Origin: Thalia democratica | Taxonomy: Eukaryota | Assembly (NCBI GenBank): GCA_965202585.1 | Contig: OZ241830.1 | Span: 75,206,001 to 75,270,000, forward strand | DNA: 64,000 nt | Reading direction: 5' to 3' | Shown here: in pieces, positions 26,677 to 36,900 of the stretch | Numbering within the stretch: position 1 is the stretch's first letter | Layout of the letters: every line of letters begins with the position of its first letter | The notes under the pieces: model-generated | What the model was told of the DNA's origin: nothing | Databases searched by the model: none | What the model saw: only the letters and a program-made list of their open reading frames with translations | Made by a program: the position numbers and the translations under genes

Positions 26677-27212
26677 AAGTAGTTCAATAAATAAAACCTA
26701 ATTTTATCCATTTAAAATTGCAAATACAGTTTATACAAATATGTTAACAAATATACGAGTAAGCTTAAATGATATATATAAATTTTAAAGTAGCCATAGC
26801 AGGGCAGTAAGTTTTAAATTACTGTTGTTAATTTTTGATCACATTTAAATTTAGTAGAGTTTGTAAAATATGGAGATAAATTTCAAATGAAAAAACACCA
26901 GTTTTATAAACAAAATCACTTGAAACAAAAGTGAAAGTTATAAGTTTAATCTTGAAGTAGCTCAATAAATAAAATCTAACTTTTATCCATGTAAAGTTTC
27001 ACATACAGTTTATACAAAATGATTACAAATATACGAGTAGGCTTGAAACAAATCTATAAAGTTAAAAGTAGCCATAGCATAAACTTTTAAATATGTTGTT
27101 AATTTTTGATCACATTTAAATTTTGTAGAGATTGTAGAATATAGAGACAACTTTCAAATGAAAAAAACATCAGTTTTATAAACAAAATGACTTGAAACAA
27201 AAGTGAAAGTTA
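26677..27212 (+). repeat. Two-copy tandem duplication, period about 278 bp
   Basis: 26677-26940 aligns with 26955-27212 (AAGTAG...CTTGAAACAAAAGTGAAAGTTA). Confidence 0.9.
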
Positions 27213-29171
27213 AAAATTAGAAGACTAATATAGCATTGAGACAAACTTTTCTTAGATAAAAGTTTAGATTAAATAATATTAGACGTGCTAATTTTAAACT
27301 TTATCAAATATTTTTTACAGGATGTAAAAGGAGCAATAACTTGAATGTCAAATTGAGATCGAATGACGTGTTTCTATTTCGTGCAAATTTTACCTATTTC
27401 GCGCCAAATTTTACAGCAAATTGTTCTGGACTGTAGTAAGATCTATCTAAATTCCACTATTTAACTTGAAATAGCTACACTACATCAAATAAAATATAGG
27501 TAATTTTTGAAAATATTCACTTTTGAAATTTGCTTTAACTGTTTTGTAATGATACAGGTTACTTAAACTTCAAAGCAGTTTAAGTCTTTTGAGTAGGAAG
27601 TTTTGAATTATTTTAAATATTTTGCACAAATTTAAAATTTCATATAACTTTTTACTGGTTCAAGTATTATCCACTTTAACCTTTTTTATTACTCAGATTT
27701 AATATGGCAGAGCGACATGCACAAGTTTGATGTCATTCTTGAAATCAAACAAAGAATTGCTGTTTTGCGCCAAATGTTGCTACAAACGTCTTTGGACTTA
27801 AAAAAGACCTTTCAAACTTTCACAATTCAAACGCAGTAGCTATATTGCAGTAAACAAGGGATATAAAATTTCCACAATTTTAAAATGTGCACTTTCACAT
27901 CAAACTTTCTACTCGAGCTAACTTTTTTTTTTTTTGTTGTTGTCGCTAATTTAAAGTTAGAAGGTTTTTTTTTTGTCTTTTTAGTAAAATTATATTAAAT
28001 TGTTTTGAATTTTTTACCTGCACTTCATATTTTCATAAAGTTTTGAAGGTTAAAAGTTCTTTTTTTTTAATGTTGATTTTCCTTAATTATTCAAAATTAA
28101 AAGTATTAGTTATTAGATTTATATATTTTGGTACAATTCACCATTTCAAAATTTTCTACAATTGTAATAGGTTGAAATTGTATTTAGGAGATGATTTTTG
28201 TAATAGTGTTTTATCAACAAATTTTGAATTAAATTTATAGCTTAGATTATTTAGCTGATTATTAAACTATTTCGTACTTGTTTAGAGTTTGTATGAAGTA
28301 ATTCAAAGTGCTTTTAATGATAAATTTTAAGTATTAAGTCAATTTAGATTTAAAGTTTTGAACAATTATTACTTTATTTTCTTCGTTATTAATAAGTAAG
28401 TTAGCAAGTAAAAACATAGAGTACCAAATTTAAGTTCTGTGAAAGTATAATATTTATTTTTTTAGATATAAAAACGTTGAAATATTGTAAGAATTGGTAA
28501 AAGTAACTAATTCACTTTTTGCATTTATCAATTAAGGCACATACATTTTTAATTAGTTTTGATCACTAATTAACTAGGTCTGTAACATTTAAGAACTAAG
28601 ATTTGTCTTTTTTATTAGACATGAAGTCTTACAAGTTAACATTAAAAAGAAAAAAAAATGATATTGTTTGCTGGCCAGATTACAGTCATTAAAATTTTCG
28701 TTTACTTCAAACATTTATAAAATATTTTTACATTTCTATACGGTCGTTGTTTCAATATATATTTAATTGTGCTACTCTTTGGTTCACAATATATATATAC
28801 GAGTCTTCTTGGCGATTCTTACGATAGGTATATTGTTTATGAAGGACTAGATTTTCATGATAAATATTGATTTTAAATTAACATGCCAGCAAAGTTTGAT
28901 CTGCTTTTATAAATATACACAATAACTGTTCAACATCACAGAATGTCTTGTTAATTTCTGCTATCATATTTTTATATCGAAGTAATTCATCGGTTTGCCA
29001 AAAATATACATTTTAAAATCAACAAAATTTAAAGATTTTGTAATAAAAACTTACATTAGGCTCTTAATCTAATTATTACTCTTTATAAGTGGTCTAATAT
29101 TGCCTAATTTATCATAATTAGATTTTAAATGATATTTTTATAGTGATTACTATAAATTTTTTGTAAATAAA

Positions 29172-29267
29172 TGCGGCGCTGAATGATCTTTTTCTAAATG
29201 GTGCGGCCCGCGAGCAATTTTTCCTAAGAAAATAAGCCCGCAAGTTACATAAGGCTGCCGACTCCTG
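29172..29267. mobile_element. Right end of a hAT-like MITE just upstream of the 729-aa ORF
   Basis: GCGAGCAA...GCCCGC...AAGGCTGCCGACTCCTG; similar end at about 35850-35907. Confidence 0.5.
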
Positions 29268-29415
29268 GTCTGGGTAAAAATTACACAATTAGATATTTCA
29301 AAATCGAAATTTACAGAAATTCGTGTCAAATTTTTATTTATGACGTATTTACTTAAAATTTAAAATCCTCATAAGCTGTTTTTTATTTCTTTCTAATTAA
29401 ATAAAAAATAGTAAA

Positions 29416-31605
29416 ATGCAAAACAAAAAATTGCAATTTATTGTTGCTTTTACCTGCACAATTTTACTTGGTGCAGGTAAGTTCGTTTACGATGCAAAAG
29501 TTTTTCAAAATGAAAACAAATCGACATACTGTAAGCTGCTAGGCTTTGTTGAAAGCCTTATAGAAGAGGAAGAAAAAACGAGTTTCCAATCTTTTATGGA
29601 TGCCCTTTTCTACAAAAAAAGTTGCGAAGAAAAATCGTTGTATGTCTTGCTGCTCAAACTATTTAGTCAAACGACGGCGAAATTAATTCGATTTGTCGAA
29701 AACAAGGCTCACGATGACTCCATTAATGTGTTGGTTTTTTTACTTTTCTGTCTACAGAGTTTATACATGCTAAACAGTTTGTCGATAATCTTGGAAAACA
29801 AACTAAAAAATTTTTGCAAGTTGAAACAAAAAAGTTCAAACACATTACAACTCAGTGAAGCTCCAAACTTGAAAGTTGAACTTAAAAAAGACGGATTAGA
29901 GGAAGAATCTGTTTTAAATGTTAATTTGAATAAAGAAAATTCACCGAACTCGAAAACAAATCAGCAGACAAGTTTATCTTCAAAAACCAAAGTTATTCCT
30001 AAATCAAGTTTGCAAGGAAGTCAGTCCAAAGACAGAACACCTTCAACTATAGATGGTACTTTTAATACAAGTTTGCAAGTTCCTCCATTAGACCTCAGCA
30101 GTTTGAAACCAGGTCCTTCAGAAGAAATAGCATCAGCTGGAGAAACGCTAAACGAAGATTTTACAAACTTGCAAAAAAGTACGTCTGATTTGATAGTTCA
30201 AAAGCCGATATTAAAAGAGACGGAGCAAGATATTTTGTCCTCAACAAATACACAGGAAAAACTATTAGGATCAGAACAGGATACTTGTAAGAAATTGCAG
30301 AAAAATACTTTTGATTTTAAACCCACAGCTCTCGCTTCTAAAACCGAAGTTCTTTCTAACACAAGTCTAAAAGGAAACCAGTTGGAGCGCAAAATATCAT
30401 CTTTAAGTACAAACAATAATTCTGATTTTAAAAGTTCGGCTCCCGTGTTAACTATACTTGATTCTTGTATTCCAAATTCTGCCAGCAGTTTGAAAGAAAA
30501 TATTCTTTTAAAGTCCAAGAATCTTTTAAAAGTTCCTCCGGGATTCAAGGAAATTTCAGAGCAGACTTCTACCAGTTTCTCAACTGACACCTTCACAGAT
30601 ATGAAGAGCACTGATGGTTTTCGAACAAACCAAAATAAATCGTCTGTTCCACCCGGCTTTGAACCGATAATTAAAAATACTGACAAAATGACGACTGAAA
30701 GCAGGTCATTGAAAGATTCTCAAACAAAAAAATCAAACGCCCCTCCAGGTTTTGAGAACTTTGAACCAAAACCACTAAGTTTCACATCATCATCGTCTCA
30801 AACCAGTGTTGGGAGAAAAACGAAGTTTGGTGTACCTCCCGGGTTCGAGAAAATGAAATCTCCATCGGAACCGAAACTGAGGGAAATTTACTCCTGTATT
30901 TCGAAACAAAGTAGTCTGCTTAAAGTTCCGCCAGGCTTCAAGCCTTTACCTGACACATCAAAAGTAGATATGATTCAAAATGCGGAATTTATCAACAATG
31001 AAAGCAAAACTTCAAGTTTGTTTAAGCCAGTATTGTCTAAATATGCAGAACAGATAAACGATAATACCAAAACTGAATCATTGAACGTCCCACCCGGGTT
31101 TAAAACTATCAATAATTCTGTTTCAACAAGCTATGACAATTCAATCATAAAAGTTTCTCCACCAGGGTTCGAACCCATACCTAGTTCTGGTACCTTTTTC
31201 CCGGGATTAGAACAAACTCTGTTGAATGATTTCAGCTTAAAAACTTTGCCTGTAGCAAAACTTATGTCTGTTCCACCTGGATTCGAGTGCAAAGACCTGG
31301 CAAGAAATAAAAAAATAAATGATTTAACAGAAGCATCTTGTGTTGACCTCAATTACGAAGAAAAGAATACGAAAAGAAAAATATTACCACCACCCGATTT
31401 TAATGGAACTAAACATTTAGTCTCGAAACATACTAACTATCTTACCTTAAATGTACCACCTGGTTTTAAAAGCAGTGAACTGCCACAAAGCATTCCACAA
31501 CCTGCAAACTTTCTAAGCAACAGCTGTAAACAAACAAAAACACCGCCTGGTTTCAAACCACATTTAAAGGTGCCTCCAGGTTTTCAACCTAAATCTAACG
31601 CTTGA
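29416..31605 (+). CDS. Uncharacterised 729-aa protein with hydrophobic N-terminal segments and 11 PPGF motifs in a Ser/Thr/Lys-rich disordered tail
   Basis: 2190-nt uninterrupted ORF in AT-rich DNA. PPGF codons start at 30535, 30649, 30742, 30835, 30928, 31090, 31159, 31273, 31456, 31543 and 31573, with 10 different encodings. AATAAA signals lie downstream. Confidence 0.85.
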   Translation: MQNKKLQFIVAFTCTILLGAGKFVYDAKVFQNENKSTYCKLLGFVESLIEEEEKTSFQSFMDALFYKKSCEEKSLYVLLLKLFSQTTAKLIRFVENKAHDDSINVLVFLLFCLQSLYMLNSLSIILENKLKNFCKLKQKSSNTLQLSEAPNLKVELKKDGLEEESVLNVNLNKENSPNSKTNQQTSLSSKTKVIPKSSLQGSQSKDRTPSTIDGTFNTSLQVPPLDLSSLKPGPSEEIASAGETLNEDFTNLQKSTSDLIVQKPILKETEQDILSSTNTQEKLLGSEQDTCKKLQKNTFDFKPTALASKTEVLSNTSLKGNQLERKISSLSTNNNSDFKSSAPVLTILDSCIPNSASSLKENILLKSKNLLKVPPGFKEISEQTSTSFSTDTFTDMKSTDGFRTNQNKSSVPPGFEPIIKNTDKMTTESRSLKDSQTKKSNAPPGFENFEPKPLSFTSSSSQTSVGRKTKFGVPPGFEKMKSPSEPKLREIYSCISKQSSLLKVPPGFKPLPDTSKVDMIQNAEFINNESKTSSLFKPVLSKYAEQINDNTKTESLNVPPGFKTINNSVSTSYDNSIIKVSPPGFEPIPSSGTFFPGLEQTLLNDFSLKTLPVAKLMSVPPGFECKDLARNKKINDLTEASCVDLNYEEKNTKRKILPPPDFNGTKHLVSKHTNYLTLNVPPGFKSSELPQSIPQPANFLSNSCKQTKTPPGFKPHLKVPPGFQPKSNA

Positions 31606-32784
31606 GTACCAATCAATACTTTTGTGTATAACCCGCAGAAATCAAAATTTTGTTTTTAATCATAAAACAAAATTATGAAGAACTTTTCAACAAAAAGTTC
31701 TAGCAATCTAATCTCATCCAGTTGGTAGCAAGGTACAACAGGAAATCCAGAATATATAAAAATAAATTATAAAAACAATTTAATTAGAGCCAGAGGCGAG
31801 GCAACTGGCTAAACAAACTGCCTCTTATAAATAATAAAATAAATATCCGGTATATTTTGTCTCATTTGTATAAATTAATTACTTTATTTTTTCCTAAGAA
31901 ATAAATAAATATGAATAGTCTTAAATATCTTTTTTTTACTACTTATTGAAAATATTCACTTCTATTTTATTAAAATACTTAACTATGTTAAAGTACAGTT
32001 TACAAACTAGCATTTTAGGTAAATTAATATTGCAATGTTTAGCTTTTTAAAGTTATTTAACTAACCAAACTAGTTTTAACAGTTGCTTGGCTTTTAACAT
32101 GCTCATCATTTAAACTTACTCAAGTCTTTTTTTATTTTAAAAACTTTTTAACATTATCAGCTGTAAACTTTTACGCTTAAAATAATGAAAATATTTAAAC
32201 CAGTGAATTTTCATTAAAGTATTTAGAAAAATAAAACCTTATTCGTAATAGTTCAAACTTAAAAAAAAAATTTTTTTAAGTAGATATTTTTAAGATAAAA
32301 CTGAAAATTTTACACTTATTTAGAAATTTAACTTTATGTAATATCATAAACTTAGTTTTAGCTACATAAGTTATATAAAGCCCGAAAGATTATTTCAGTG
32401 AGTACATTGTAGTTATTGTGATTAGTAAAAACTTTTAAGTAGTGCTAAACTTTTAGGGCAAAAATTGGCCCAGCAGGCAGAAATCAGTAGTTTGTGTCAT
32501 ATTTTAAACTTGTGTAGTACTATCAAAACTAAGCATTTATACAAAAAATAATTCTAAATGTGCTCTATTTTATGTGTAGGTAGCAGTAGGATCCTTTTTA
32601 AGTTAATTCTAATGTAATATTTTATTTACAACCCAACCTAACCACTTAGTTAAACAGTCTACAATTTGTGTAGTATGTTTATGAGTCTTGCTATAATTTT
32701 AGTAGTGCTTCACTCCTTGTTAGCCAAGATATCGAATATAATCATAACCGGGAACTAGCGACACTTATCAAAAAAATATTTGTT

Positions 32785-32838
32785 ATAAAGATACACGCAT
32801 ATCTATTATTTTATAGGCATAGCAAAATATGTTTTCAG
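32785..32838 (+). pseudogene. CAND1: Degenerate CAND1-like segment
   Basis: IKIHAYLLFYRHSKICFQ aligns by eye with IKMLTFLMLVRLSTLCPS of human CAND1 (recalled sequence); flanking codons are decayed. Confidence 0.45.
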
Positions 32839-33169
32839 GTTAGTTGTAAATTAAATCATGCTTTATTATTTATAGCTATCGTTTTGAAATTAGTCACTGT
32901 TAAAAGAATTAGTACAATAAACCGCGTTTTGTAGATCTTAAAAGCTTAAGGGGATCATAAGTTTTATTTAATACAAATAATATTAATGTAAAATGTTCCA
33001 ACATGACTTTATTTTAACTTGTATATTAGTTTTGTTTTAACTTACTGTTTAATGTAAAAGTGTGAAGCATTTTCTGTCGATTTATTTTTTTTCTATTATC
33101 CTATTTGTTTTTAAACTTTTAATTAAATAGTTAAGTAAAAAACGTAATTAACTAATTATTTTATAACAG

Positions 33170-33265
33170 GTGAAAGTAGACTCCGTTAAGCAGGAATTTG
33201 AAAAACAAGATGAACTGAAGAAATATGCATTGAGGGCTGTTTATGCTTTACTGCAAATTCAACAA
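33170..33265 (+). pseudogene. CAND1: CAND1 (TIP120) C-terminal exon
   Basis: CTAAT branch and ttataacag acceptor, then [32 protein letters not shown] versus human [32 protein letters not shown]. Donor is weak or mutated. Confidence 0.85.
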
Positions 33266-33390
33266 GTTAAAAAAATCACAACAAATCCAAGATTTCCTCA
33301 CACAAGTTTGTTATACTTACATATTATTTTATGTTATAAAGTAGTTTTCTTTATAAGTTTAAACTAGTTTAGTTCATTTATAATATCACG

Positions 33391-33553
33391 ATGTCACAAA
33401 AAATTAAGAGTCTTCACCTAAAACTTAACTCTTGTTATTTTTGTCAGTATTTATTTCGGCCATCATCAACAAAGTTAAGATGTTTTATGCCATCAATAAT
33501 AAACAATGAACTTCACCGCACGACCAACAACAACAGCATCCGAGACAACATCC
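33391..33553 (-). repeat. Third, truncated copy of the sequence downstream of the hammerhead cleavage site
   Basis: Homologous to about 11005-11157 and 56290-56424 (catcatcaacaaagtt...cacgaccaacaacaacagcatccgagacaac). Similarity stops at 33553, which aligns to 56424. Confidence 0.8.
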
Positions 33554-33831
33554 AAAATAAAACGTTTTTTTTTTTTTTGATTTTTGTTTAATGGTTGTTA
33601 TTGAAATTTGTTTAAATTATTGACAACTTTATAAGTCTTATAAATAACTTTAATTGTATCTTTTCTTATTACTTAAAGAAACCCTTTACCATCTTGTTTA
33701 AAAACTTCGTACAAAGTTTTAGTAATTCATAATTTGTTATTTTATAGTAAAGTTTTTTATTTTAAAATAGTTAAAACAAATATAAATCTTAAACAACAGT
33801 TATTTCTTATAATTAACAACTTCTATCACAG

Positions 33832-33933
33832 ATAAAACCAAATTCTGATCTTCAAAAAGTGTTAGATTCGATACATAAAGACGCTACTCAAGTAAACAAT
33901 CAGATAAAAGTTGAGTCAATGGACCTATCTTGA
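33832..33933 (+). pseudogene. CAND1: CAND1 terminal segment with stop
   Basis: IKPNSDLQKVLDSIHKDATQVNNQIKVESMDLS* versus human ISSNPELAAIFESIQKDSSSTNLESMDTS*; preceded by tcacag. Confidence 0.8.
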
Positions 33934-36900
33934 TTAGTTTTAAAAAAAAAATCATAAAAATTAACACTGTTTATGTTAAGTGTTACTTTGTGATTAGGAA
34001 AACATACTTCTAGCTTGCATACTAATATATTGTTTTTAATTTTTAGATATAAATATTTAAATTATTTAAAGATTATTAAAAAAAAAATACTTTCAACAGT
34101 CATGAAGGTATTTAATTTAAATTTAAGTTTTTTATTATGACTTCTTTGATTAAAATAATCTTTTTTTAGTGAATTTTTTATGTTACATTATTAATTCCTT
34201 TATATTTTTTCGTTGCATAATTTTCTTTGTAGCACAAATACAATTTACTACAAAACTGAATTGTGTTATATGTTTTAATTAAAGTTTATATATATCTGAG
34301 TTTCAATATGTAAGTTTTGTTAAAACTCGATTACACAAGGTTTTTGAAGCTCTTAAATGTTGTTTATCTTAAACTTTCCTAAAAAAATCTAAAACCCTTA
34401 TAGTATTCTAAATTTGTTCATGTGATAGTAGCATAATTTAAAAAAAAACAGCTTTTCTAAAGTAGAACTGAGATTAAAAATGTAAAAATACATAGAGCTT
34501 TAGTAGGGAATAACTAGCCTGGGTAGGATTAGTCACATGTAACAAATATAATTTAAAACTAGCATTCTTAACAAAATTTAGCAAATTAGTACTATTTGTT
34601 CGTATAACTTGTAATTATATGAATATAGAACAAATACTAAATGAAAATGAGTTGTAAACAAGGGGTAACTTAAAAAATCTAAGCTAAACATATACTGATC
34701 TTAAAAATAAAAGCAAAGTCTATCAACAACTTTTTATTAGTTGTATAAGACAACAAATATTTATATAGACAAAAAGTATATGATTTTATTAAGGAGCCAA
34801 AAGTACTTGGCAATATTCATTTCAGCAATTTTTTCACCAGTTTTATTTGTTTTAAAAGTAAAAAAAAATTATATCATTTATTTTATAAACGTAAGAATTA
34901 AGCCAAAAGAGATTTTAGCACTAGTTCTAAGTACATATGCAATTTGAAAAATAAAAGATCGATCGCAAAAACTAGCTTTTAGATCTTATTTAAGATTTAC
35001 TGTGGAATTTTTTTAAATTTCATTTAGTATGATTTTTGTGTGGTTCTTAACAATACGTGTTTTTCTATTAATTACTTTGAAAAAAACAAAACTTTTATTT
35101 GATATATTCAAGGGTCGCTAAACCTGAACTTAATATTTCCAAGTCTTTTACTAATTAATAAAACCAATATTAAAACAAAACATAGTATTTTATGGTATTA
35201 AACTAAAAAATAAGCCAATTGCTTGAGGCAACTTGATTTAATAAATTTTTTAATAAGTTCTAATAAAACAGTATGCAATGATTTCTTAATAAGAATTAAA
35301 AACTTTGACTATTTATGATACTTTGATTATAATGTTATGTATAAATGTTTATCTTTACTCTTAGCTGCTCTCAAAGATATTCAGTTTGATATATTTTAGT
35401 TTTATCAAAGGCAAACTAGTATTTATCGAAGCCATTCTAGTTAGTATAAGTATACAATGAATCAATATAACAGTCTAAAAAGGATTCATTCAAACTTTTA
35501 GAATACTTATAAAAATATTTGATAGTTGCAATAAAAATGATTTTAAAACGCCTGTAGTTTTAAATACTCTTTCTAATCTTAAGTTTCATTGTTAGTAAGA
35601 CAGTAAGTAAGTTTGTTGAACAAAAAAAAAGGCGCTCAAAAAAACTTTGCTCTAAGTAACTGGGAGCCCAAAACATACCTATTTTTTAAAAGTAATAAGT
35701 TTAGTCCTGTGGTAAAGACTTACAATTAAGACCTTAATTTAATAATTACTCATTACTAGTGCTTCTTCAATTGCTTATCTTATCACATTTTAGGTTTAAA
35801 ACTTTATTTTCCTGTCTATTATTACAAGAAATTTAAAATAAATACATCCTGCGAGCAACTCTTTCTATAAAAATTGGCCCGCGACTTATAAAAGGCTGCA
35901 TACCCTGGAGTAGCACACCGTGTTAAATTAACCGCAGTGTTAAGTTAAGAAGGATTTAAAATACCACTTCGAAGCTTGTTATTAAAACCAATTAAAGACA
36001 CACTTAAACGCTGATATTACGTCACGATTCAAACCAACATTGCATTCTGTATCTATATATTTATATAGTTACTGTTTAACTGTTTATATAAAAATTTAAT
36101 TTTTTTTGAACTAATATTTAGATTTAACTTATTAAATCAATTGACTCTAAAAAACATAAACATCTAAAGTACATAACTCTAAAAAATGAAAAAAACTAAA
36201 CATCGTTCAAATATTATAAATTATATATTGTTTTGATGATATTTTGTTTTAAATCAAAGTTTTTAAAAGGCTAACGCTAATATCATAAAAAAGTAATTCT
36301 AATAAAATCAAGTTAGATTAAAGGCCTTAAATTGAATTATCGTACAAAATATTAATATAACTTGTTTTTAGCTGAAGCCTTACTTTGAATTATAAAAGTT
36401 CAAATTATCTAAAACTAACTCTTAAAACATATATAAACTTAAAACTAACAAAATACCAGGTATGTTCGTAAACTTGGAAGCACTTTTTTTAAATGCAAAA
36501 TAAATAGAAATACATTCATCTAAACCATTTTATGAACAGTTACTAAAGTATAAATAACTGGTAGGCACAAAAATTTGATTAGCTTTTTGTATAAGTAATA
36601 AAAGCTTTTTTTAACTAAACATCAAAAAAGCCTTTATTATCTTATTAAAGAAACTTTCAATTATTTTTGAGTAAACTTTTATAAACTAGTTTTGTTAATT
36701 ATAAGTTTCTAAAGCTTTTTTTTATTATAACTTAAAAGACTTAAGTTATTTTCATTTCTAAAATAATGACATCCATTTTGTAATTATTTTACTTGGAGTG
36801 TTTCTAAATTTAAGTTTAAATAAAAACAAGCTAAAAAAAATTTTTAATTAGTTGCTAACATTTTAATGCAAGTTTAACTATTAACAATTTAACTAAAATT

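Noticed and set aside
27697-27839. Possible exon DLIWQSDMHKFDVILEIKQRIAVLRQMLL...
   Set aside because: Acceptor present but no partner exon, donor or homology.
30198-31352. Minus-strand ORFs 30198-30686 and 31131-31352
   Set aside because: Antisense shadows of the 729-aa ORF.
19064-33933. Functional link between the Ulp1-family protease and the CAND1 remnant (NEDD8/cullin pathway)
   Set aside because: The protease shows no specific NEDP1/SENP8 features by eye and both loci look disabled; proximity is likely chance.
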